A stretch of DNA of 64,000 bases from the NCBI RefSeq assembly GCF_006345805.1, contig NW_021831839.1, positions 1-64,000 on the forward strand. Reading direction: 5' to 3'. Below are positions 38,378-50,602 of this stretch, in pieces. The notes beneath the pieces are model-generated. The model searched no databases, was not told where the DNA came from, and saw only the letters and a list, made by a program, of their open reading frames with translations. Each line of letters opens with the position of its first letter. Positions within the stretch are counted from its first letter, which is position 1. The position numbers and the translations under genes are program-made. The DNA is from Octopus sinensis (Eukaryota).

Positions 38378-39250
38378 TAACACCCTAATGGGAGCCTTAA
38401 CTCCCAAATTTTAGTAATTTCTTTTATGATCCAAAACTAGGTCAAAAGTACTGAATGAATCTTTATGAAATTTGGAAATTATATTCTATGCATAAGGGCC
38501 ATAAACCCCATGACAATTCATGTAATTTTGCTGTTGATGAAATTTTAATCATAGATATTAGACACAAATGAAGTAATATTTATAAAATTTCATCTTCTTA
38601 CAAGTTAGAAAGACCCCTCCATGGGGACTTAACACGCACAATTTTGTCATTTTATCTAAGCATAAATGAATACAGTTGTGCTCTTGGAAGCTGTAGGGTT
38701 ACCTGAGCATAAAAGATGAGCATTATTTATGGTGAGGAATCCTACATTGGGAGTGGTATCTACTAGGGTAGGATAGCTGACTGCTTATTGTGATGATTCA
38801 TCTTTTGGTTTCCTGTAGCTTTGCTCTCTTTTACAAACCCAGTGAACATATATTTCCTATTTCAAAGAAATTCAAGCAATAGATATAAGACCAAAGTTAA
38901 AAAGATTCTCAACAATTCAACTTCTCTGGTTGACATTAAGATGCCCACCCCCAATAGGGGCATTAACTCTCACATTTTAGAGCTCTATGACCTCCATTTT
39001 TCAGGAGCAAAATCCTTTTAACAGGTTCCATAAAACTGGAATTTTGGAATATGCGCATAAAAATCAGTAGTATGGGATACATGTGGCACAATTACAATTT
39101 TGTTTGTGTGTGTAAAGAGGCAAATAACCCTCATCTGCAATTTTGATGAAATTCGAAACATAGGTATTCCAGTTCATTACAGAAAATATAACAGAAAAGT
39201 CTAATTCTTCAATTGTGTGTAACTTGGGCAACGCCGGGTAACTCTTCTAT
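38370..39250 (+). mobile_element. Probable non-autonomous Helitron-type repeat
   Basis: Ends with a hairpin-like TTGGGCAACGCCGGG...CTTCTA, resembling the Helitron 3' ends at 27040-27067 and 56005-56035. Confidence 0.4.
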
Positions 39251-39304
39251 TATATATATACGTGAAAGAGCACAATTCAAGCGTGATTGTTACGAACATC
39301 GACT

Positions 39305-39560
39305 TACTGGCACCTGTGCCAGTGGCATGTGTTAAAAGATTTGAACGAGGTCATTGCCAGTACCGCCTGACTAGCCCTGTGCTGGTGGCACATAAAAAGC
39401 ACCCACTACACTCTCGGAGTGGGTGGCGTTAGGAATGGCATCCAGCTGTAGAAACTCTGCCAGATCACGAATGGAGCTTGGTGCGACCGTCTGGTTCACC
39501 AGCCCTGAGTCAAAATCGTCCAACCCATGCTAGCATGGAAAGCAGACGTTAAATGATGAT
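39305..39560 (+). mobile_element. RTE-X 3' tail
   Basis: GGCACATAAAAAGCACCCACTACACTC...CCAACCCATGCTAGCATGG...GTTAAATGATGAT. Confidence 0.85.
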
Positions 39561-40149
39561 ATATATGATATATATGGATATATATGATATATATGGATAT
39601 ATATGATATACATGGATATATATATATATATATATCCATTTATAAAGAGGCATTTTTCATCAATAAATTTCTCCCCCAACTAAATATGAACACACAACTC
39701 AATACAGAACACCACTAACTCTTCAATTGAAACCACTAAACCCTATACACTTCCTACACTACTCACATCTCTAAATCCAGAACTACTTACCTCCCTTACA
39801 AATAATCTTTTTTCTCAGGAACTATTAGACCTGACACCCTTCATTAACCGGTGTTATTCAAGCGATGAATAGTTTTGCGTAAACCATCATTTGTTTTGTT
39901 CTCTTACTTTATTATCATCTTATAATCATCTCATAATAAGGACTTTTATGACTCGTATTACTACCTCAGTCAATCTAAATGTATATATTTGTCGTTATCT
40001 GTCATAAATAGCCTTTTTCTATTTGCAATGTGCATTTTTGTTGATTTTTCTTATTTTACCCTTACATTTCCATGTGTATTTTTTATTTTCTTTCCGTAAC
40101 ATATTTCTACTATCCATATATATATATATATGTGGATATATATATATTT

Positions 40150-41716
40150 TTTCATTTTTTCATTTTATCTAGTTTCAGCTCACGAGCTGTGGCCATGCTG
40201 GGGCACCGCCATTTGGTGTTGCTACATGATTTTACTTCACGAATGCTTTTTAGCAATTGACATTTGGTGCATGAGAGAGTTTGATGCAGCTGCCCTTATC
40301 TGCACCTCCTGCTGTGATGTTGGTTCATCTGGGACACCTGATATGAAGAGGTCCCGCATTATTTTAAAGACATCTGCATCCACACCATGCAGGTCTCTCA
40401 GGTCCTTCGGGAGGATATTGAAGAGCTGTGGACCTTTGAAGCCCAGGCTATCACAGTATCTTGTCCTACATCTTGATGGCAAATTTGGAGTCCTTGGCCC
40501 TATGCAGTGGAGCCCAGTTCTAGTATTTGTGTAACTCTCAATGTGAAAGTTTGAGACAAGTCCTTCCAGGATCTTCCAGAGGTATATTATGGCATATCTT
40601 TATCGCCTACGCTCTAAGGAATAGAGTCTTAATCTCTTGAGTCTGCTTTCCTTGAAGAAAATAACTTGCTGCCTGACACCCAACATGGTTTCCAGCCAGG
40701 AAGTAGCTGCCTAACTCGGCTCCTACAACACAATGACTGGGTACTGAAACAACTGCTCAACCACTCAAATGTGGAAGTCATATATCTCGACTTTGCAAAG
40801 GCCTTTGATAAAGTCGATCATGGAATGATATGTCACAAACTGTGTGATCTTGGCATAGTTGGGAAATTGGGAGAATGGCTTCATGACTTTCTGAAGGATA
40901 GAAGTCAGGTGGCCACCTCCAATGGGGCCACCTCCAATAACATGCAAATAGTGAGCGGTGTTCCTCAAGGCACTATTTGGGACCACTACTGTTCATAATG
41001 GCCCTCTCAGACATGCCCTCATCCATGCAGGGAGCCACGATCACAAGTTATGCCGATGATACAAAAGTTTCACAGGTAATACAGAACCCTGAAGACACTA
41101 TGCACCTGCAATGTGAGCTGGATGAAATACAAATGGGCTGAAAAGAATAGCATGCAGTTCAATGCTGAAAGTTTCAAGCTTTATGCTATCAGCATGCAAA
41201 ACTAAATGCAATACTCAATAAATACACTGGACCTGGAGGGATTGCAATCCCAGAGGCACAATCAGTGTGAGACCTAGGTATTTACATGATTAATGATGCA
41301 ACCTTTCATGTGCATGTTGCTAAATTGGCAATGAAATGTAGGTGGCTGACCGGATGGATTCTTAGAGCTTTTAGAACAAGAGACCAGGAAACCATGACGG
41401 TCCTCTGGAGGACACTTGTCCTTAGCCACTTTGACTATTGCTCTCAGCTATGGTCACCAACCAGTGTCAAATTAATCACAGAATTTGAGGCAATCCAACG
41501 AAGCTACACGAAGAAGATAGCCTCTATATAGCATGTAAGCTATTGGGAAAGGCTCAAGAGATTAAGACTCTATTCCTTAGAGTGTAGGCGATAAAGATAT
41601 GCCATAATATACATCTGAAAGATCCTGGAAGGACTTGTCCCAAACTTTCACATCGAGAGTTACACAAATACTAGAACTGGGCTCCACTGCATAGTGCCAA
41701 GGACTCCAAATTCGCC
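40150..41716. mobile_element. CR1/L2-group LINE with an inverted 5' part: 3' end on minus (40150-40643), RT body on plus (40646-41716)
   Basis: Plus strand: LLPDTQHGF, YLDFAKAFDKVDH, SGVPQG, YADD. Minus strand: SLGFKGPQLFNILP...VPDEP and the 3' tail. About 165 bp is present in both orientations. Confidence 0.88.
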
Positions 41717-42500
41717 AAGGACCCCAAATTGAGGGGCTTCTTTATCAAAGTGTCTATCTGCATTTGCTTGTTTATTCGAATGTGTAGTTTCCTAGTAGTG
41801 CTCCCTACGTAGGGTGCCCCACATTTATTGCAGACGACCTCATATACTGCATGTTTTGATGTCATTGATGGGGCAGTTGGTGAGTGTGCACTCCACAGTG
41901 CTCCCTTAGGTATTTTTCCTTGATAGAGCTTTCTTCAGGGATAGACTGGTGTGTACCAGCTGTATGTTAAGTCTCTCCCTGCGGATGGATGTTGGGTAGC
42001 TGCTGATGTTCTGTCATCTAAGTAGGGCAGTCTAAGGAAGCATGTTTCTGATCTGATGTTATGGGCTTCTCTGTGTAGTTTACCCACTTTCATTATTCAC
42101 AGAGGCAGTCTTTTAGCTGTGGATGGTGGATAACCGTTGTGTGCTAAGTTCCTGAGGAACCGCTTCATGCTGATGGCTTTGTCACTTACTTCATTGCATC
42201 TGTCTCTTATGCATGTTATTTAATTTTGTATATGTGCAGTTTTGGCTCTGGTGGACCGGGCCGAATCATAATGCATGAATAGATTCCTAGTCACTGCTTC
42301 TTTTGTAAAGATTCATGTGGATGTAACCATCCTCTGTGATCCTGATTTGGAAATCCAGCAGAGAGAGAGATCCAGGCTTGTCTGGGTGTTCATTTTCAAA
42401 TTTATGTGACTGTCAATGTAGTTGAATTTTTCATGTATGGAATTTACTCCTTCCCGTGAAGGGTGAGCATCTCACATTATTCCATCTTTACACAACTACA
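41717..42500 (-). mobile_element. Penelope-like element remnant (RT thumb plus GIY-YIG)
   Basis: GSLSLLDFQIRI...LFMHYDSA and AVYEVVCNKCGAPYVGSTTRKLHIRI. Confidence 0.82.
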
Positions 42501-42789
42501 TTCTTTAAATACATATGTATTTATATATATATATATACTTGCTGACATAACCGGTAATTCCTAGGAAAGTGGGGCTTGTCCCTTTGTTCCATTCTCATAA
42601 TTGTTTCGCTAATCCATTAACAACAATACAAAGTATCAGTCTTACACAGGAACTTGTTTTTAGGAATTCCCAATAAGTTATGAATTCCCAAATTGTGAAG
42701 TCAGTTATGTAATAACATGAAATTAATTACCCGATAGTAAGATTTCAAACAAAGTAGCCCCAAAATGGCTTTAATACATTCCCAGAGTA

Positions 42790-44070
42790 TATAGAACTTA
42801 AGAGGAAGCACTGATAAGGTATGTATACTAAAATCATGAAGCATGTTATGTAAGGACAGGCTAATGAGATAGGAGATAATAACAATTCAAAGTAAATAAC
42901 TCTGAAAAAAGCTTTTGTGCATCTGCAGAGAATATTACCCTCAGCGGTGCTAGTGTTTACTTCGCAAGTTGTGAAATTTGTTTTTGTGATCTTGTTTGTG
43001 CTATAGTTTGCAATTTTGTCATAAACTGAAAGTTTGAACCAAGAGCCAATGTGAAATTTTGCGTTAAACTTGGGAAGTCTGCTACAGACATTGATCATGC
43101 TTTGGCAAGCTTACAGCGATGAGGCAATGAGTTGTATGCAAAGTTTCAATTAGTGTGGATGCTTCAAAAGTGGAAGAACATCCTAAGAAGACAGAGAGCA
43201 ATCTGGGTGACCTACCATGAATGTCTGCCTGTAAAATTCATCAGCTTGTGCATGAGGATCATCTGAAAGACAACATTGCTGATGCCGGTTTGTCATATTG
43301 GTTCATGGAGGCAATCCTAACATCTGAATTGAACATGTGGTGTGTCTTTGCCAAGTTTGTCTCCTGCCTGCTGACTACTGAACAGAAAGAACATCATGTC
43401 AAAGTCTGTCAAGATCTCCATTGGCAGGCTTCTGATGACCCATCCTTTATGTCAAGAATCATCACCGGTGATAAGAGTTGGGTCTATGGGTACAACCCTG
43501 AGATGAAGCAACCATCATCCCAATGGAAGAGGCCTTCATCACCATAACCAAAGAAGGTATAACAGATCTACAGCTCAATCAAGAGCATGCTCATTGTTTT
43601 TTCAACATCACCAGTATTGTGCATAAAGAATTCATCCCATAAGGCCAGACAGTCAATGGAGAATTTTACTGTGATGTTGTGAAGCATTTGAGGGAGGACA
43701 TTTGGCTAAACAACCAGATCTATTGAGCACACAGAAGTGGATTCTTCATGATGACTGCTCCCTATCTGAGTTCCTTGCCAAAAACAACATGGTATCACTC
43801 CCACACTTGCCCTATTTGCCAGGTTTAGCATCTGCAGACTGCCATCTCTTTGCCAAGGTAAAAATTTAGCTCAAAAGTTGCCATTTTAACACTGTTGTCA
43901 TGATGAAGAGTGAATCACACAGAAAGTGCTCGACTTGCTTACAGAAAATGATCTCCAGGCCAGATTCCAATAGTGGCAGGAATGTTGGGATCAGTGTATT
44001 GCTGTGCAAGATGACTTTTTCAAAAGAGATGCTGTTAAAAACTTAAGTAAACAAGTTATTTTTTTATTAA
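42790..44070 (+). mobile_element. Mariner transposon remnant
   Basis: ANVKFCVKLGKSATET, AKFVSCLLTTEQKEHHV, RIITGDKSWVYGYNPE. Decayed C-terminal motifs. Confidence 0.87.
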
Positions 44071-44073
44071 ACA

Positions 44074-45250
44074 CTAGCAGTGTAGCCTGGCTTTGCCAGG
44101 ATTAAGTTAGGATTATTAAGCTAATGAAGTTCGTTATTTCAAACCAAACTAAGTAACATCGATGTCATATTTGAGCGAAATCTGTTGAAATTGGTAAAAT
44201 TTTGGCTGAAAATGAGTTGCAGATGACTTGATTGGGAAATCCCATAAGGAATCGGTCTATTGATTTTTTTTCCCACTCATCGATCTTTTTTCGTTTTTAG
44301 AGAACTGAGAGTATTCAAAGATCCCATGACTCCTAAGTAAGGCTGGCATCAAGTTTGAACAAAATACATCAAATTCGGTAAAAGTTATGGTTGAAAATGG
44401 GGTGTAGCCAATTTTATTGGGAAATCCTATAAGGAATCGGTTTATCGATTTTTTTTTATTTTTTTATCCTGATTAAATGGAAAACCCCATGAGGAATCAG
44501 TTAATTGGTTTTTCATCCCAAATAGGACTTAACCGAACACAATATTGTTGATTCAAAAACATAAATATTTATTCTTTAAAGTTGGTTTTCACACCCAACT
44601 CAGTTCTGCAGAATCGGTGTCGTGATGGGAGCGCATGGGTTGATCAGGCTGCACATGCACATGTGATCAGGTTGCACATGTGATCAGGTTGCACATGCCA
44701 GCCCTTTGAAAACACCACCCCCATCATCTAACCCCCCTTTGCCCGTGGGTTGGGAAGCCTTCCAGCAAGGAAAATAGAATGCCCAAAAGAGCTCCCGCTC
44801 CTCTGTGTCAGAAGTGGTTACATTCAGATCACAACTAAGTTTTAAGAATATATATATATATACACACACACACACGATCATACACATATTGCATACATGT
44901 GTTTTGTTCAGATATATGTTCGTGTGTGTGTGTGTATGTGTGTGTGTGTGTTGCCCGTATATCGACAAAATACTTAACAAAAGTTTTAACAAAAACTTAC
45001 TCATAGCTAGAAGGGGACTTAACTCCTGTTGTAAACAATTGTGGATTTCTCCGACTTGAAAATTGCTAAAAGTTTTGGCTGAAAATTCATTTTTACCATT
45101 ATGCTGGTGCCTCTGAGAAAAATAAGTTGACAAAAATACAGCTAGGGTCATGATGAATGTCCTAAAATTGGAGCGACATGCATGCTATGTGGACATGCAT
45201 AAATTACATCCACGTACACACACACATCATGCCTTTTATATATATACAGA
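44074..45250 (-). mobile_element. Non-autonomous Helitron
   Basis: Minus strand starts A|TCTGTATATATATAAAA at 45250 and ends with a hairpin and CTAG|T at 44074. 44074-44840 is homologous to the reverse complement of 55300-56035. Confidence 0.75.
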
Positions 45251-45304
45251 TAACTAATCTGGGAACTTTTTAATACCATTCCCTACCTTTTAATATTCTC
45301 ATGT

Positions 45305-45520
45305 TTTTAAGGCGGTGAACTGGCAGACTCATTAGCACACTGGGCAAAATGTTTAGTGGCATTTTGTCCGGCTTTACATTCTCAGTTCAAATTCATCTGA
45401 GGTTGAGACTTTGCCTTTCATCTTTTCCAGGTCAATAAATAAGTACTAGTTGAGCACTGGGGTCAATGTGATCAACTTATCCCCTCCCCCAACATTCCTG
45501 GCCTTGTACCAAAATTTGAA
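45305..45520 (+). mobile_element. tRNA-derived SINE, second family
   Basis: GGCGGTGAACTGGCAGA (A-box-like), GTTCAAATTC (B-box-like), ATAAGTACTAGTTGAGCACTGGGGTC. Confidence 0.72.
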
Positions 45521-46060
45521 ATCAATATTTTCACTGTCTTCTTCATCATTCTGTCCGCTGTTAATTTTTGCCCAATTAAATATAATAAATAAAATCTTTT
45601 AAATTTTAAAACTAATGTGAATACAAATACAGATTTCACAGAAAATAGAACAAAATGGTAATCATTTGTGTTATTTAAATAAAGTTCAGGAACCGAATAT
45701 CTCTTCATATTTGAATGTGATTTCACATCCTAAAGTAGGTGTGTGCTTCTGATTGACATGTTTCTTTTACTTTCTCCTGATCAGATGATATGATTATAAT
45801 ATTTGAGTCATTGACAGAAAGTTAATGCCTTAGGCATTATCTATGATACATGGGTGTGATTCCTATTCTCTCTGAAATATTCTCTGTACATCTATTCACA
45901 TTTAATTTTAAATTATGCTTTAAAAGGAATTTTTCAATTAATCCTCTTAATTTTAATTTATTTCAAGTTGTTGTTCTTGCATTAGAAAAATTACTTCTTG
46001 GAATGACAAGGTAGCTATTAAATGATATGTATATGTGTTTTATATTTTCATTTCCTTCAG

Positions 46061-46330
46061 TTTCTCTTGGATTAATTGAGGGTGGCACAAAATTTACCAG
46101 GAAGAATCAACCAGTAACTTTTGAATGTCCTCTTGAAAAGCAAAACCTTAAACACTGGCGAATTGATAGATACATCATTAGCAGAACTGCTAAAACTGAA
46201 ACTTTGAAGCAAATGTGCTTCCTAACAATGTCAGGATCATAAACATCACACTTCTTCAAATATTGAGCAAATAATTGTTTGTGAAAGCACCACTGGTGAG
46301 AAGACAAGATTCATGCAAAACCATTATTCA
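46061..46330 (+). CDS. Ig-like-domain exon, frameshifted in this sequence (pseudogene or assembly errors)
   Basis: Acceptor TTTTCATTTCCTTCAG, donor A|GTAAGT, 270 bp. Phase-1 frame reads VSLGLIEGGTKFTRKNQPVTFECPLEKQNLKHWRID. The other frames give EANVLPNNVRIINITL and NIEQIIVCESTTGE. Confidence 0.58.
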
Positions 46331-46472
46331 GTAAGTACAAATATAAATCATTTGTATGTATTTTCCTGTCAATATTAATCTATTATGACCATGAAGAAGA
46401 AATATATTCTATAAACACTAACTTTGAGTTTCAGTCAATTCACAAAATATGTTGTAACAAACTATACTGCCA

Positions 46473-46633
46473 ATAATACATTGAAAGAATGTTCATTTTA
46501 ATACATGATGAAGATGATGATGATTTTTTTTTCTGTAAGTATTTTATCCTATATATGTTGTTATTATTGAAAAAGCTGAGAGTCATCATCATCATCTTCG
46601 TATCTTAAAATGAACATTCTTTCAATGCATTAT
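46473..46633. repeat. Inverted repeat with ~50-bp arms and a ~60-nt spacer
   Basis: CATTGAAAGAATGTTCATTTTAA (46479-46501) is the exact reverse complement of 46605-46627. Arms extend into (GAT)n and (ATC)n. Confidence 0.92.
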
Positions 46634-46724
46634 CTTTTTTTAGTGTGTATACTGGTTGGATTTCTGATTGTCATCAGAAATGTTATTCTTGAATATGCAA
46701 ACACGCACATACACACAAGTATAT

Positions 46725-48420
46725 ATTATCATCATCACCATCATCATTGTCATAGTTTAGCATCAATTTCCATGTTGGTATGAATGAGATGGTTTGACTG
46801 GAGCTGGCATGGCCAGGAGCTGTACCAGGCTCCATTGACTTCTTAGGTTGATAAGGCTGAGATGCTGGAGATGGTGAGGAGGAAACATGCGCATCATACT
46901 GAACATAGTAAATCATGCAGACAAACATGCAGACAAACATTGCACATCATATTGAACATTGTAACTTCATACCTTTCTAGTCTTTGCATGCCCTCTACAT
47001 TCAAGGACCATGTCTGCCTATCACGTGGCATTGCTGTTTGTGCACAGGCATCACACAACCTTCCTTTCTCTCAGAAAGAGAGACTTTGGTTGCCACTTGA
47101 GGTAAAAGATCTCTGAACTTTCTCCATCTTATTCTAGCAATTTCATTTCCTCTTCCACTGAAAATTAGGTCACCTAGCTAGCAGAAATTGCCCAGTACCT
47201 TTAGAGCACTCTTGGGCATTTGTGAAAATCCATTTCTTGTATTCTTGTAGATTTTATGACTCCTATGCATTTTCCACATACAGACACTAATTCTCTGTTA
47301 ACCTCCCTACTGTTTCCACTGCACCTGTTTGCATCCATTGCATACCCTGAATACGCTGAAATGAATTTCTGCCTACACCATTCTTACATACTGAGAAAAA
47401 CCATTTACCTGAAGTGAGTAGGGTCCTGTTTGTTTTCTTGTTTACAAGGCTTTGTCTTTGCTAACTTAACTTCAGGGCTCTTTGATCCAGGCTTTGCTTC
47501 CACACCTGAAACCTTTTTCTAGTTTTGTTACTGATTCTGCTGTGAGAGCAAGGTAATTTACATATAGTAGTTCTCATTGGCTTCCAGGCTTAAATTCCTC
47601 TGTTATGACCTGGAGGACAATTCTGAATAGGAGGTGGCTGAGGACTGAGCCTTGATGAACACCTAACCTACACTAAATTTATCACTGTGCTCATGACTAA
47701 TTCTAACATTATTTATAGCAACCCTGTACAATACCTGAATTGCTTTTCACAAGCGTCTATCTATCTCTAGCTTCCTGAAAGACCAGCATTTTACAGAGCA
47801 GGGTGCTCTGCTGAATGCTTTCTCCAGGTCAACTAATGCCAAGTACAACAGCTTATTCTTAGCTTAATATTACCTTGTACTCGCCTGACTTCTTCCATTA
47901 CTGTGCCAAACTGCATTTCATCTAGCTTAATTTGTTTCTAATTAATTGGGTTATTATTCTCTCCATAACTGTCATCACTTTGTCAAGCAATTCGAGACCT
48001 CTATAATTAATTCTATCTAGTGCATTTCGTTTACTATTTTAGTCACTGATTATGATCCTGGTATACCAGTCATTGGGGATTATACCTTCCTGAATAACCT
48101 AATAACTAAACAGTGTCTAGATTGTATCCAACTTTATAGATATTTTAAGCATCTCAACAGTGACTCCTGAGGAACCAAGGATTTTTCCAGTCTCTATATC
48201 TTTAATTACATTATATCATACTGCTGTCTATATGAATGGTTGGCTCCTCTGTTGGGTTCACATGATGGGGAGCCTCCTTTTTCTATTCATTCTCTACATT
48301 TAATAGCCCTTCACAGTTGCTCTTTCACACATTTTTCTTTTTCCTTCTAACCACTAACACTAGCATGCCATTATCTATCTGTACACATTTATCCCACAAA
48401 ATCTCAATCAATCTCTGACA
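46725..48420 (-). mobile_element. Decayed RTE-X LINE (RT, PHD region, tail)
   Basis: Minus-strand peptides YLALVDLEKAF, GVHQGSVLS, SGKWFFSVCKNGVGRNS, ARIRWRKFRDLLP. (GAT)n tail at about 46725. Confidence 0.8.
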
Positions 48421-48424
48421 CACT

Positions 48425-48828
48425 CTTTTACAATTTTATTTGTTTCAGTCATTTGACTGCGGCCATGATGGAGCAGTGCCTTTAGTTGAGCAAATCGACC
48501 CCAGGACGTTATTCTTTGTAAGCCTAGCACTTAGTCTCTCGGTCTCTTTTGCTGAACTGCAAAGTTACAGGGATGTAAACGCACCACAATTGGTTGTCAA
48601 GCGATGTGGGGGGGGGACAACACAGACACACAAACATTTAACACACACATATATATATACATATATACGACAGGTTTCTTTCATTTCCGTCTACCAAACC
48701 CACTCACACACACTTTGTCAGCCTGATGCTATAGTAGAAGATACTTGCCAAGGTGCCACACAGTTGCAATAAACCCAGAACCATGTGGTTAGTAAGCAAG
48801 CTACTTACCACACAGCCACTCCCGCACC
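48425..48828 (-). mobile_element. tRNA-derived SINE, full length, same family as 9717-10092
   Basis: Head GGTGCGGGAGTGGCTGTGTGGTAAGTAGC. Tail stem CAGTC-AAAT-GACTG at 48446-48459. Confidence 0.9.
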
Positions 48829-49074
48829 TGTGTAGCAATATGCAAAATCTCAAGTCTCTGATCTTCATACTGTAAGATATTGGCAAACCTCTTCCGTCTG
48901 CTTCTACCCTAGCAAGATAAATCTAGTACCTTGCTTCCCTTTTAGCTACTAATATGGTTCTTTGCTACTATCCCTTTTCCACACTTTCCAAACCCATTTC
49001 TTTTATAGCCCTGTCGACCTGATTGTTCCACCACCATATCACCTTTGATCTGGCAAAAGCTTTGCTCCAACCAC

Positions 49075-49220
49075 AAATCATCATCATCATCATTTCACAC
49101 AACTGGGTTGGATATTTGACAGGCTGGCTTGGCAGAAGATTGCCTCAGGTTTCACTAACTGTTTTGGCAGGGGTTTATGACTGGATGCCCTTGCTAACAC
49201 CAACCAACTTATAGAGTGAA
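49075..49220 (-). mobile_element. Decayed RTE-X 3' tail
   Basis: Reverse complement reads GTTGGTGTTAGCAAGGGCATCCAG...GATGATGATG. Confidence 0.7.
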
Positions 49221-50602
49221 CTGAATGGTTGGAGAAACGAAAGAAAGAGGCACTCAATGCATTTGACTACGAATACGTAGTTTGTTTTTCCCTTAATATT
49301 CGAAATATTAGATCTGGACATATAAACACTAAGTTATATGTTTTAACTTAAAATTTTTTAGTTCATAAAATATCTTTGAAAAAATAAGTATACATTTTAT
49401 TTAAGAAATAATGGTGAAATTCATATGATTATTGATTTTAAAAATATGTATTTCTAATTTTTTTTATTTAATTATAATTTAAGATACATACATTTATTTA
49501 ATTATTCTTATTATTATAATTATTATATGTGAACTAAAATCTAAAAGTATTATTCATGGTTGTTTTGTAAAATAGTTTGTAACGTAAAATATTATAGTAT
49601 AGGTAGTGAAAAGTTTTTTTCTTTTTTTCTTTATATACTATTGAATTTAATAATAATAATAATTACTTTGTTTATTCTATCAATATTACTTCTAGACATA
49701 AATTAATTTACTTATATAATAAGTTTAAATTATTTGTGAGTATATTTTTGAAATATATACAAAATACTATTGCAGGGTTGTGGCTGCAGCATTGTTCATG
49801 TAAGATATATTATAAGTGTACACATGTTTGTGTAGGGTTTAGTACATAGTTAGAATCATATCAAATTAGATGTTTATTTAATTAGTAAATAAATATATAA
49901 TTTAATTAATTAATGAATATAGATTAAATTATAGTAATTTAGCTTAACTTAAGTATTAGATGTATTTTAAGTATTTTTATTTTAATTAATTGGACTCATA
50001 TTTTTCCAGTAAAGATATACTATAGCTTGTTTAGATTATTCTCATAGTTAAAATATATCTTCACAGATAAATTACATATTTCTATCTATTTACCCTATTT
50101 TTTATGTTAGGTTTTTAACGTGATAATTGTATTATAAACACTTGGTCCTACTTAGTTTAATGGAATTTCTTTTATAAGAAGAATCATGTTTTAATTCTTT
50201 AAGAAATATTGTTTAATTCTGTTTGATTATTTATTGAAAATATGTATTTATTGTTATTATTGTTGACCTGAGGAGTGACTATACTTTTTAATTGAATTGT
50301 AATTGGATTGATTAAATCTAAATTTAAATTTAATTGTAATTCAAATTGAAGATATAGCCATGAAACGTACATAGTCTTTTTACTAATTATATACTGTTGT
50401 TTATTATTATTATATAATTTATTGTGATCTAGGTAAATGTTTTATCATATATTTTATTTTTTCTATATAGTATGATTTGCATCTATCATTGTTTGAATTA
50501 TATAATAATTGTTTCTTCTTAATTTAATAATATATTTTATATTGTGAAATTTGATTTTATACTAAATTAAATTTTTCCCTGTAAGTTTAGAGTTATGCAC
50601 CC

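Noticed and set aside
38821-39021. Possible phase-1 exon after a CTGTAG acceptor
   Set aside because: No donor before the stop, no domain features, and it lies in a Helitron-like repeat.
48790-48828. tRNA gene
   Set aside because: A-box and B-box-like motifs here and at 9717 and 45305 are SINE heads. No complete cloverleaf.
49390-50160. rRNA gene call from short rRNA-like strings
   Set aside because: The motifs are short, out of order and lack the universally conserved segments. Kept only as a low-interest finding.
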